Part shown: one piece after another, positions 9,472-17,572 of the stretch | Numbering within the stretch: position 1 is the stretch's first letter | Layout: the number at the start of each line of letters is the position of its first letter | IMG/VR virus record: IMGVR_UViG_3300038704_000071 | Span: 509 to 64,508 of that record | Reading direction: 5' to 3' (one strand) | DNA: 64,000 nucleotides | Source: a virus | Lineage: Duplodnaviria; Caudoviricetes | Program-made: the position numbers and the translations under genes | The notes under the pieces: model-generated | What the model saw: only the letters and a program-made list of their open reading frames with translations | What the model was told of the DNA's origin: nothing | Database searches by the model: none

Positions 9472-9863
9472 GGCGTCACCAGCGCGGCGCGGCCGATGTC
9501 CGTGCGTCGGAAACTTCCGGGCGGCCCATACTCGATCGCGCCCTTGTCGCGGAGCGATTGCCGGATCTCGAACTTGATGACGCTCCGCAGGTCCGACGAC
9601 TCGTCAGCGATCATGTGAAGGGCGGCGACCTCCTCGGGTGTGAAGGCGACGGGAATGCTCAGCGCGTTGATCGCGGCCGTGTAGTTCTCGACCTCGACGC
9701 CATCGACGAAGAAGCGATCCTCCGTCTTGCCGCGTTTGTCGCCCTGACGATACCAGCGCCGGATCATCTTCAGGCGCGGCTCGCCGATGGCGCGATAGCC
9801 GTAGCCGAAGAACACCGCGCCGCCGTTGTAGTGGCTGCCGTCCTCTCGGAATTGATGGGTCAT
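9468..9863 (-). CDS. Hypothetical protein
   Basis: Start MTHQF inferred from ATGA overlap. Confidence 0.6.
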   Translation of the reverse strand: MTHQFREDGSHYNGGAVFFGYGYRAIGEPRLKMIRRWYRQGDKRGKTEDRFFVDGVEVENYTAAINALSIPVAFTPEEVAALHMIADESSDLRSVIKFEIRQSLRDKGAIEYGPPGSFRRTDIGRAALVTP

Positions 9864-10063
9864 CGCCGCTGCCTCCGCTCGATGATGCCCCACAGCTTGG
9901 CGGCGCTCGCGTCATCCGCCCGGATGAACCAGCGGAACGGATCGCGCGTGAACGTGCCCCAGGCATTGTGATCGCCGGCCTTGATGACGCCGGCCGCTTC
10001 GAGTTCGTGGCGGTCGATGCTTGTCAGGATGCGCAGCGCGTTGTGGAACTCGGCGAAGGTCAT
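9860..10063 (-). CDS. Hypothetical protein
   Basis: MTFAEFHNALRIL; coupled at both ends. Confidence 0.6.
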   Translation of the reverse strand: MTFAEFHNALRILTSIDRHELEAAGVIKAGDHNAWGTFTRDPFRWFIRADDASAAKLWGIIERRQRR

Positions 10064-10419
10064 CGGTCAGCCCTCATTTCGGCCGCCTGCTCGCGTTCAC
10101 CAGCCAGGTCGTCCAGTGCGTTTTCGACCGCCTGCGCATGGCCCTCATCGCCCAGCAGCCACGCCTCCGCGATGGCATCGAGGCTCGACTGCTCAAGGTG
10201 TCCGAACACGCCGGACGTCGGGTGTTCCTTGCCGTCGATCAGCTGGACGCACGACACGAATTCGATCTCGTCGGGGCTCGCTTGCTCGCCGCCGCTGGCA
10301 TATGTCGGACCGGTTGCGGGTGAGCCCGGCAGGAACGTGTAGGTGATCCGCAGATCAGCCTCGGCCCCGAGGTCCGGGTCGCCCATGCCGAGGCAGGTGT
10401 CGATCGTGTGCCGGCTCAT
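10060..10419 (-). CDS. Hypothetical protein, paralog of 11797-12177
   Basis: Shares GDPD.GAE.DLRIT, GPTYASGG, PDEIEFVSCVQ, LEQ.SLDAIAEAWL.GDEG. Confidence 0.75.
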   Translation of the reverse strand: MSRHTIDTCLGMGDPDLGAEADLRITYTFLPGSPATGPTYASGGEQASPDEIEFVSCVQLIDGKEHPTSGVFGHLEQSSLDAIAEAWLLGDEGHAQAVENALDDLAGEREQAAEMRADR

Positions 10420-10820
10420 GCAATCACCACTTCGGACAGGTGGTCGTGTAGCGCCCGGATTTCGTCGTCGGTCGGGCGCTCGTTCAGCGCCAGCAACAGG
10501 GCGCGGGGCTCATCTGCGACGCGGCCGACGCCACGAACGCGGAGCGGGACGGAGAGGTCGCGGGGCGCCTCGTGGATCGCCGGGACCTCGCCAAGCGCCA
10601 AGCGCGCCTGCGATGTGAAGTCCCGAATATCGGCGTCGGTGAAACCGAGCTTCTTGGCGAGCCTGGCCGTGCACTCGACCTGCGCTTTAAGCGCGGCCTG
10701 CGTGGCGACGAGCGATTCGACGACGCGATAGGCGACTTCGCAGGAGACCAGCACGCGGCCCTTGCGGTGCTCGTCGACGATCTTGCGCGCGGCCGTTAGA
10801 TCGGGAGCGCTCATGTCCAT
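10416..10820 (-). CDS. Hypothetical protein
   Basis: Coupled ORF. Confidence 0.55.
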   Translation of the reverse strand: MDMSAPDLTAARKIVDEHRKGRVLVSCEVAYRVVESLVATQAALKAQVECTARLAKKLGFTDADIRDFTSQARLALGEVPAIHEAPRDLSVPLRVRGVGRVADEPRALLLALNERPTDDEIRALHDHLSEVVIA

Positions 10821-11041
10821 ATCCCCTTCATCAGGTGCTTAGGCGTCGTGCCGAACGCGAGGGCGATCTTCTCGACGTCGTGCATCATCAGGCGCTGGCG
10901 GCCGGTTTCGAGGTTGGCGATGCTGGCTCGGGACAGACCGATGCGGACCGCAAGCTCTTCCTGTGTCCAGCCGAGCGTGTTGCGCATCATTTCGACCTTC
11001 GCGCCGAGCAAACGATAGACGGGCTGCATGGGCTTGCTCAT
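10811..11041 (-). CDS. XRE-family HTH regulator
   Basis: GWTQEELAVRIGLSRASIANLETGRQR. Confidence 0.88.
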   Translation of the reverse strand: MSKPMQPVYRLLGAKVEMMRNTLGWTQEELAVRIGLSRASIANLETGRQRLMMHDVEKIALAFGTTPKHLMKGIWT

Positions 11042-11241
11042 GCCGAATCTCCGCAACCAAGCCGCCGCCGCTCCAGCGCCCCGAACATCCGCCCTGCCTC
11101 ACATGCGATCGCCGCATTCTTCGACCTGCAAAGCCTGCGGATGTCCGGGCGAAGCGCCTCGGCGGCGACCGGGTGGCTGGCGTTGAGACGCGCGAGGAAG
11201 AGGGTCTGCGTCTCGGCGATGAGGTCGCGGTCCGGCGTCAT
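11038..11241 (-). CDS. Hypothetical protein
   Basis: MTPDRDLIAETQ; ATGA overlaps at both ends. Confidence 0.5.
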   Translation of the reverse strand: MTPDRDLIAETQTLFLARLNASHPVAAEALRPDIRRLCRSKNAAIACEAGRMFGALERRRLGCGDSA

Positions 11242-11525
11242 GGCTTGGTCACCCTCTCGCACTTGGTCCGCGTCCCGCTCGCGACGACAATCGCAACGCC
11301 GCGGAGGTCCATGTCGCAGGCGATCTTGCTGACCGGCACGCCGCGCGGGCGACACGGTTCACCCGGCGGGCAGACCACGACGATGTGGGTCCGTCTCTCT
11401 TCGGTGGGCTCGTCGAGCCCTTCCTGTGCAGCGCGACCGGCGCGCGGGGCGAACGTCGTGATGAGGATCACGCCGGCCAGCGCCATTGCCAGGCTGAGGT
11501 AGAGCGCGGAGCGGGCGGAGGTCAT
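11238..11525 (-). CDS. Membrane-anchored or secreted hypothetical protein
   Basis: N-terminal hydrophobic stretch, Cys-containing C-terminus. Confidence 0.55.
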   Translation of the reverse strand: MTSARSALYLSLAMALAGVILITTFAPRAGRAAQEGLDEPTEERRTHIVVVCPPGEPCRPRGVPVSKIACDMDLRGVAIVVASGTRTKCERVTKP

Positions 11526-11692
11526 GACGACGCTCCCTGCTTCCCGACCAGCGCCTCGAGCAACGCCTGCCTGGCCTCCGCCTTCTCGCGCCGGGCATCG
11601 GCAACGCGCGCAACCGTTGCGCGCTCGTATTCGACGGTTGCCTGCTCCAGCCGGTCGAGCATCTGGCTCGCCTTTTCAGCATCCAGTGCCAT
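11522..11692 (-). CDS. Small hypothetical protein (56 aa)
   Basis: Hand translation MALDAEKASQMLDRLEQ...GKQGASS; ATGA overlap with the downstream gene. Confidence 0.5.
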   Translation of the reverse strand: MALDAEKASQMLDRLEQATVEYERATVARVADARREKAEARQALLEALVGKQGASS

Positions 11693-11695
11693 CGC

Positions 11696-11797
11696 TCACT
11701 CTCCGATCAGCATTGAGAAGAAGCCCTGCAGGCCGAGCGGCAGGACGATCATGTAGAGGGCGATAGAGACGACCTCCCAAAGGGCGTCCCAGATCAT
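11696..11797 (-). CDS. Small membrane peptide (33 aa)
   Basis: Hand translation MIWDALWEVVSIALYMIVLPLGLQGFFSMLIGE; TGATG coupling. Confidence 0.45.
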   Translation of the reverse strand: MIWDALWEVVSIALYMIVLPLGLQGFFSMLIGE

Positions 11798-12177
11798 CAG
11801 TAGGCCCGCCGCGACTCGGCGCGCGCCTCTTCAGCCTCGTCCGCGCGGGCGGCCCAATCGTCCATGGCCTGCTCGGTGGCCTGCGCCTGGCCTTCGTCGC
11901 CCTGCAGCCATGCCTCGGCGATGGCGTCGAGCGACTGCTGCTCAAGGTCACGGAACGCGCCGTAGGTCGGGCTCTCCTTGCCGTTGACGATCTGGACGCA
12001 CGAGACGAATTCGATCTCGTCGGGATCGGCGGGCTGTCCTCCGCTGGCGTACGTCGGCCCCTGCTCAGGGGCGCCGGCCTGGTACTTGAAGGTGATGCGC
12101 AGATCGACCTCAGCGCCGATGTCGGGATCGCCGCAGCTGATGGTGGCGTCGACCTTGTGGGTTGTGGCGGGCATCAC
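11797..12177 (-). CDS. Hypothetical protein, paralog of 10060-10419
   Basis: Motifs shared with 10060-10419. Confidence 0.75.
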   Translation of the reverse strand: MMPATTHKVDATISCGDPDIGAEVDLRITFKYQAGAPEQGPTYASGGQPADPDEIEFVSCVQIVNGKESPTYGAFRDLEQQSLDAIAEAWLQGDEGQAQATEQAMDDWAARADEAEEARAESRRAY

Positions 12178-12440
12178 GCAGCCCTCGCTGCTGCGTCAGT
12201 GCAGACCTTGTCGGCGTGGTCGGCGGCTTCGATGAGCGACTTGCCCAACCTCCGCGCATCGGCCGAAGTCATGTTCAGGTTTTGGCTGAAGTAGGCCACC
12301 TGCGTGTCGGCGTGTTGCACGCCTGCGTAGATACCAAGGGACACCGACACATCGGCCAAGGGTGCGCCCCAAGCTTGGATGTCGCCGACGCTGGTGCGGC
12401 GGAGAATGCGGTTCGGGTCGGGCGTGTAAATGTCGGGCAT
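12174..12440 (-). CDS. Hypothetical protein
   Basis: GGAGTGTGAG RBS-like sequence before ATG; coupled stop. Confidence 0.6.
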   Translation of the reverse strand: MPDIYTPDPNRILRRTSVGDIQAWGAPLADVSVSLGIYAGVQHADTQVAYFSQNLNMTSADARRLGKSLIEAADHADKVCTDAAARAA

Positions 12441-12443
12441 ATC

Positions 12444-12740
12444 TCACACTCCTGCTTTGGAGAGGGCGGCGCGGGCGCGGCGTTCAGCATCACGGAGCCC
12501 GTAGGACAGCAATCGGTGAAGGTTGGCGACACCGTCGGCCGCGCTGCCAAGCTCGTTGGCGGCAGCCTTCAGCGCCTCCCGCATCGGCTGATACGCCTTC
12601 GCCGCAGCGACAAACGCCTCGTTGAACTCGACCTCCCGCTTGATATCCGGGTCGGCGATGTACGGGCGGAATATCTTCAGGCCTTCCTCGGCGAGCGCGA
12701 TTGCTTCGGCGAGGATCTTGGGGTCGGGGGCGGTCGTCAT
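12444..12740 (-). CDS. Hypothetical protein
   Basis: MTTAPDPKILAEAIA; ATGA overlap. Confidence 0.55.
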   Translation of the reverse strand: MTTAPDPKILAEAIALAEEGLKIFRPYIADPDIKREVEFNEAFVAAAKAYQPMREALKAAANELGSAADGVANLHRLLSYGLRDAERRARAALSKAGV

Positions 12741-13051
12741 GCCGACACCGTCGCCGCCGCAACTGACAGCACCTTCTCGGAAGCCTCGGCCGCCGGCTCC
12801 AGCGCCGCCCTGCAAAGCCGCAGGGTCCGCTCGATGGCCTCGCAGCGATCCACGATCGCGCGGCGCCGGAAGTCGCCCTTCACATGCTCTGCCGCACGAC
12901 GCAGCTCGTTGGCCGCCATCTCGAGTTCGAATTCCAGCCAGCCGATGCGGAAGTGTGGGTCGCGCATGCGCTCGACGGCTTCGGCATCTGCCATCGGAGC
13001 GCCGCGCGTCGAGAAGCCCGACGGATAGACCGGGGAGAGGGAGGCCGGCAT
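12737..13051 (-). CDS. Hypothetical protein
   Basis: MPASLSPVY; TGATG coupling. Confidence 0.55.
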   Translation of the reverse strand: MPASLSPVYPSGFSTRGAPMADAEAVERMRDPHFRIGWLEFELEMAANELRRAAEHVKGDFRRRAIVDRCEAIERTLRLCRAALEPAAEASEKVLSVAAATVSA

Positions 13052-13329
13052 CAGGCGACCACCGGCGGCAGATCGACCGGGTTGGCCCGGGTCGCCGAGT
13101 ACACCACCCGCAGCTTCGGTGTGGCCGGCAGCCGGACCGCCATCGGCAGCGTCCGCTCCACCGACAGGTGCGCCACACGAACCGTGCGCGGACCACGCCC
13201 AGCATCGGCGTCGAACTGGACCGAGGCCATCGGGGCCACATCGCTGTCGACTAGGCCGACGACCTTCCCGCGACCGTAGCTGACGGCGCCGTGGTGAATG
13301 ACGGTCGCGCCCTTGATGATGTCGGACAT
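13051..13329 (-). CDS. First gene of the leftward early operon, small beta-rich protein
   Basis: GGAGGCAAC-ATG RBS; GATVIHH...GRGKVVG. Confidence 0.6.
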   Translation of the reverse strand: MSDIIKGATVIHHGAVSYGRGKVVGLVDSDVAPMASVQFDADAGRGPRTVRVAHLSVERTLPMAVRLPATPKLRVVYSATRANPVDLPPVVA

Positions 13330-13426
13330 GTTGCCTCCCGGAGCGATGGACCGGCGTTGGGGGCGCCGGTCCGCTGTCTCGCGCTCTCCGGGTGCGGCCC
13401 GGCCCGTGTCGGCGAGGGTGCCGAAC

Positions 13427-13528
13427 GGTGACAAGATGTATCCAATATTTTCTGCGGTCAATGGAAAAGTTACAAGATGTCACCGCAGTGAACAAAACGC
13501 AGCCGATCTGCGGTGACATTTGGCCGTA
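13427..13528 (-). promoter_or_regulatory. PL-like promoter with operator sites (OL)
   Basis: Minus strand TTGACC(13461-13456)-N17-CATCTT(13438-13433); operators GGTGACAAGATGTATCC 13427-13443 and AGTTACAAGATGTCACC 13468-13484; half site GGTGACA at 13512. Confidence 0.7.
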
Positions 13529-13677
13529 GATCACGCTCGCTCATCCCTCGGAATGAGCGAATCGGTGCCGCAAAAAACTGTGGCAGATCAGCGATTTACA
13601 ATGACGCTCGCATCTGGTGCAGATGATCCAATACGCTCGCGCAGAAGGCGCCGGGTGCGGATGGCGGACGTTCTGCA

Positions 13678-14172
13678 ATGATCTGGATTGTGACGCTTTG
13701 GTTGCCGCTTTGTGCGCTCGTTGGCTGGCTTGCTGGTCAGAAAGGACGGAGCGGGGCGGGCTTTTTCTTTCTCGCTCTGTTCCTCTCGCCGCTGGTCGGC
13801 CTACTGGCGGTTATTGCTGTGCCGCGGATCGAGCAGCGGGCTCGCGCAAATGGCCGCGACTTCATCCTCTGCCATTCCTGCAACCGGCCACGCCGGGTCG
13901 ACGCCTACGCCTGCCCGCATTGTGGCTCGGTCAAGCCGGCCCCACCGGCGGCACCAAAGAAGTGCCCGCTGTGTGCGGAGATGATCCAGGCGGAAGCGTT
14001 GAAGTGTCGATATTGCGGGGCCGACCAGCCAGACAGCGCGGCGCGGGCATCTTCAACAACAGGCATCCTTCAGCCGCCGACGATGGGGTATTGCCCGGGT
14101 TGCCGAAAGCCAAGGGCCAGCAATGTTGGGAAGTGCGTCTATTGCGGCGACGCCACCGAAGTCACGCCCTGA
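13678..14172 (+). CDS. Membrane protein with zinc-ribbon domains (immunity-region accessory gene)
   Basis: Two N-terminal TM segments; CHSC, CPHC, CPLC..CRYC, CPGC..CVYC. Confidence 0.75.
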   Translation: MIWIVTLWLPLCALVGWLAGQKGRSGAGFFFLALFLSPLVGLLAVIAVPRIEQRARANGRDFILCHSCNRPRRVDAYACPHCGSVKPAPPAAPKKCPLCAEMIQAEALKCRYCGADQPDSAARASSTTGILQPPTMGYCPGCRKPRASNVGKCVYCGDATEVTP

Positions 14173-14223
14173 ACGTCAAGCGGACTGAAGACGCAGCAAA
14201 ACCACTTGGCCTTTGTAGAATGT

Positions 14224-14532
14224 TTACGCCGCTTCCCTAGTATCGGCACGGTTGCGGCGAGAGATCTTGCCTGTGACCAAAAACTCGATGGGCAGTCGCA
14301 ACGCCAGCGATAACCTTTCCAGCTTGTGCAGGGGGAAACGTGTCAGCCTTTTACCTTCGATCTGCTTCATGTTCGACGCTGGAATGTCCAGCAGCTCCGC
14401 AAGGCTGGCCGCGCTTAGCCCAGCGGCCTCCCTAGCAGCCACCAGCCGATCGCGAAAGGCGACGTAGTACGCCGTCGCCGCTGGATCGGGCGGAGCTTTG
14501 GGTTTTTTCGTCGGCCGTTTCGCTGTCGCCAT
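14224..14532 (-). CDS. CI-like repressor (XRE HTH, no peptidase domain)
   Basis: RLVAAREAAGLSAASLAELLDIPASNMKQIEG; divergent from a cro-like gene. Confidence 0.78.
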   Translation of the reverse strand: MATAKRPTKKPKAPPDPAATAYYVAFRDRLVAAREAAGLSAASLAELLDIPASNMKQIEGKRLTRFPLHKLERLSLALRLPIEFLVTGKISRRNRADTREAA

Positions 14533-14565
14533 CTACATATTGTCGCCTTAAGCGCCGGTCCTGTA

Positions 14566-14636
14566 AGGCTGTGAGATGTCACCTTGTGACATCGTGTATT
14601 TCCGCACTTGAAAAGGTGACAAGATGTCTCCATAGT
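14566..14636 (+). promoter_or_regulatory. PR-like promoter with operator sites (OR)
   Basis: TTGAAA(14608)-N17-CATAGT(14631); operator GGTGACAAGATGTCTCC 14615-14631 between the boxes; inverted repeat GATGTCAC-CTT-GTGACATC 14575-14593. Confidence 0.75.
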
Positions 14637-14643
14637 TCGGCCT

Positions 14644-14901
14644 ATGGCAAACGCTCCCCTCGACCGCGACGTGCTGGCAAGCATCGGCACCGACGCGCTT
14701 ATCGCCTTCGGTTACACCGAATTGCAGATCAGGCAATGGCGCCGCCGTGGCGTGTCCTGGCAGGAGCGGGCGAAGGTTCAACGGCTGGCAACCGAGCGCG
14801 GCGTTGAAGTCCCGCCCAACTTTCTGGAGAAGCGCCGGCCCGCCCCGGCCCCAGCAAAGCGAGCGGGCAAGCGGACATACCGCCGAAAGGCTGCCGCGTG
14901 A
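14644..14901 (+). CDS. Cro-like small DNA-binding protein
   Basis: Divergent from cI; IRQWRRRGVSW; basic tail. Confidence 0.62.
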   Translation: MANAPLDRDVLASIGTDALIAFGYTELQIRQWRRRGVSWQERAKVQRLATERGVEVPPNFLEKRRPAPAPAKRAGKRTYRRKAAA

Positions 14902-15296
14902 TCCCCCGGCGTCTGTTCCTCGCTGGTGCCGCTGCGCTTCCGCTTGCTGGGATCGCGGCGCCGGCGTTGAGCGCCAGCGCGCTGGGATGCGTCGCGCTCA
15001 ACGACAGAATTGTTAGTGACGACAATCCGGCCCTGAGGGTGGCTAGGCTGCTGATTGACCGCTTCGGTGTGGACTTCAGGCGCGGGATCGATTTCGAGTC
15101 CTTCATCTCGGCCATCGAAGCGAGCGACCAGCCCGTCGCGCTCGCCGGCGGCGGCACGGAGCCGCGCTACCGCATCCATGGCGACCTCCCGGCATTCGAG
15201 ACGCCTCTGGACGAACTGACCGCGCTTCTTGGCGCCATGCAGGGCACGGCGACGTTCAACGGCGAGCGTTGGTTCATCGCTGCAGGGGTCGCCTGA
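14898..15296 (+). CDS. Hypothetical protein with twin-arginine-like leader
   Basis: PRRLFLAGAAALPLA. Confidence 0.55.
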   Translation: MIPRRLFLAGAAALPLAGIAAPALSASALGCVALNDRIVSDDNPALRVARLLIDRFGVDFRRGIDFESFISAIEASDQPVALAGGGTEPRYRIHGDLPAFETPLDELTALLGAMQGTATFNGERWFIAAGVA

Positions 15297-15535
15297 TGGA
15301 CCGCGACATCCGCCGCACCGGCTGGCTGGGCGCACCGCCTGCGACGCACATCTACGGCGAAACTGTCGTCGGGAAGGCGGTTTTCGATCCGCGCGAGGCG
15401 CCGCCCGATCAGGAGTTCTGCAAGAGCTACGCGCCTCCCGCGTCCGTGCTTGCGGTCATCCTCGCGGCGGCACTTCTCCCGGCCGCCATGATCGCGATCT
15501 TCGCTTGGTTCCGCTGGGTATCGGGGGCTTGCTGA
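15296..15535 (+). CDS. Hypothetical protein with C-terminal TM segment
   Basis: TGATG coupling; hydrophobic C-terminus. Confidence 0.55.
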   Translation: MDRDIRRTGWLGAPPATHIYGETVVGKAVFDPREAPPDQEFCKSYAPPASVLAVILAAALLPAAMIAIFAWFRWVSGAC

Positions 15536-15536
15536 C

Positions 15537-15746
15537 ATGAACGCCATCACCCGCCGCGCCCTGGTCGATCCCGCCGCCCCAATATCCGGAGCGTCGGAGG
15601 AGACGAAAGAGCGCACCGCCCGCAATCGCCTCATCGCGCGCGGCGTCATCACCGGGCGGGAGCCGTCCAAGCTCGACGTGGTGGCACGGTATCGCGGCAA
15701 GCGGGCGATCCTGACCATGCCGGCGGACGGGAAGGGCGGCGCCTGA
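15537..15746 (+). CDS. Hypothetical protein
   Basis: Operon position. Confidence 0.5.
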   Translation: MNAITRRALVDPAAPISGASEETKERTARNRLIARGVITGREPSKLDVVARYRGKRAILTMPADGKGGA

Positions 15747-16069
15747 TGACCGAAGCCGCCACCCCGAAGCGCGACGGCCGCCACGACCGCAAGGCCCGCA
15801 GCGCCGCGCGCATCGTCCAGGCCTGTCGCGACTTCATGCAGACCGGCTGTTTCCAGCCCTCCATGCCGGCCGTCGCCCGAGCGGCGGGCTGCTCGCACCG
15901 GAACCTGTTCGAGCTCTTCCAGACCAGGGAGAAGCTGCTCCTCGAGGCTCTGCGCGATGAGGAAACCCGGAGCGCCATTCTCGCCGCCGTCCTGAAGGAC
16001 AGCCTGCCGCCGCAGACCGAGGGTGACCGCACCCGGCTGCTGCAGGCCATTGTGCTGGGGAGGGTGTAG
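15746..16069 (+). CDS. TetR-like HTH protein
   Basis: RIVQACRDFM...PSMPAVARAAGCSHRNLFELF. Confidence 0.75.
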   Translation: MTEAATPKRDGRHDRKARSAARIVQACRDFMQTGCFQPSMPAVARAAGCSHRNLFELFQTREKLLLEALRDEETRSAILAAVLKDSLPPQTEGDRTRLLQAIVLGRV

Positions 16070-16636
16070 ATGTCCTTCATCCGCCAGCCCTCCAGCGGCC
16101 ACTACGAAGACCTCGTCGCCAACCGCGCGCGCGTGCTGGCGATCTGTCCGCCCTCGCATCGTCGCCGGATACTCGGCCAGGCTCCGCGCTACCGCCCTGC
16201 CAAGACGCACGAGATCGTGGTCGACCTCAAGACTGGTGATCGGCAGGTGGTCAGCGGCCCGACCGTTGCGCAGCGGGTGATGCGCGTCGTGAAGCCGGCA
16301 CCGCCACCCGTCCCGGCGCCAGTCGCGATCCAGCCGATCCCGCGAAACATCCTGAGTACCATCGTCGATGCCGCCGCCGAGGCCTTCGGCGTCACTGCCT
16401 ATCAGCTCTACAGCGCCGCGCGCCACAAGCCGTTCTGTCGCGCGCGCTTCGCCTGCTACTGGCTGGCGTCCACCCGGCACAAGCTCTCGCTGCACCAGAT
16501 CGGCAAGCCGATGATGAAGGACCATTCCTCGGTCCTCCACGGCATCCGTCGCGCCCGCGACCTCTACGAACACGATGAGGGCTGGCGCGCGAAGTTCGAT
16601 GCCGTCGTGGCCATGCTCGACGGGGGCGCGAAGTGA
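16070..16636 (+). CDS. Protein with DnaA C-terminal-like HTH domain
   Basis: IVDAAAEAFGVT..QL.S..R......ARFACYWL...SLHQIG......DHSSVLHGIRR. Confidence 0.8.
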   Translation: MSFIRQPSSGHYEDLVANRARVLAICPPSHRRRILGQAPRYRPAKTHEIVVDLKTGDRQVVSGPTVAQRVMRVVKPAPPPVPAPVAIQPIPRNILSTIVDAAAEAFGVTAYQLYSAARHKPFCRARFACYWLASTRHKLSLHQIGKPMMKDHSSVLHGIRRARDLYEHDEGWRAKFDAVVAMLDGGAK

Positions 16637-16912
16637 CCGGCCGAGACGGCAAGCGGGGGCATGGGGCCTTTCGCCGTCTCGGCCGTGCGCGGCGGGGATG
16701 CCGCGGTCTTCATTCGATATTGGCGAGCGACGGTCCCTTCCTCTTCCCCGAGGTTGACCCGTTCGCCCGCGGCGGTCGGTGTGTACGTGCCGGCCGCCGC
16801 ACCTTCTTCGTATGCGGGGCGCTCAGCGTCGCCCGCGGAAACTTGAGCCTCGCGAATCGCCCTGAGCCTGCCAGCCGTGCGCTTCGTGAGGTCTCCAAGA
16901 GAGACCCAGTGA

Positions 16913-17356
16913 TTGGTCGTCTTCATGTCCATCAACATGGAGCAATCGATGACCGGGTTTCCGAACAAGCGTTCCGAGTTTCAGGAGAAGTCTGCCGTGA
17001 GTGCGACCGTTAGAGCGCGCGACATGCTTTGCGATCTGTCCGGCCCTCGCGGCTGGAACGACACGCGCGAGTCCTGGCTCTCCCGTGGAGCCCGCCGCGC
17101 CGGGCTGTCCCTCCGCCGAGCGCGGGCAATCTTCTACCAAGAACCCATAAGGCTTGATGCCGATGAATATCTCGCAATTGAAAGGGCTCACCAGAATGCC
17201 CATGCGGCTGTGGCGACGCTTCAATCATTGGCGAGCGATGCGGATTTACGCCCAGGTCAAGCGGATGCCGCATCGGGCGAGGGAGCTGACGGCGAAGGCC
17301 GACAGGCTGATCGGGAAGAATGTCCGGCCGCCGATGCCGCTGTTCGATCACGATAG
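16913..17356 (+). CDS. CII-like/HTH phage regulator (start uncertain)
   Basis: RESWLSRGARRAGLSLRRARAIFYQE. Confidence 0.55.
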   Translation: MVVFMSINMEQSMTGFPNKRSEFQEKSAVSATVRARDMLCDLSGPRGWNDTRESWLSRGARRAGLSLRRARAIFYQEPIRLDADEYLAIERAHQNAHAAVATLQSLASDADLRPGQADAASGEGADGEGRQADREECPAADAAVRSR

Positions 17357-17365
17357 CGAGCGCCG

Positions 17366-17572
17366 GTGATGCAGACCGCGACCCCCGCCGATGTCCTGGC
17401 CAACGAGGCCGCCGGTTTCCTCGCGAACGAGCGCCTGATGTCGTTCAGCGGCAGGGCGGCACGCATGGCGACGCGGTCGGCGCTGGCCGAACTGGCTCGC
17501 GACCTCGGTATCCCCGAGGCCGACATCGAGGCCGCCGTGGACCAGGCCATCAAGACGGCGGACGAACGATGA
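17366..17572 (+). CDS. Hypothetical protein
   Basis: Coupled ORF. Confidence 0.55.
   Translation: MMQTATPADVLANEAAGFLANERLMSFSGRAARMATRSALAELARDLGIPEADIEAAVDQAIKTADER

Noticed and set aside
16564-16968. Minus-strand ORF (MKTTNHWVSLGDL...) and plus-strand 16633-17013
   Set aside because: Could not decide which frame, if either, is real; no recognisable motif
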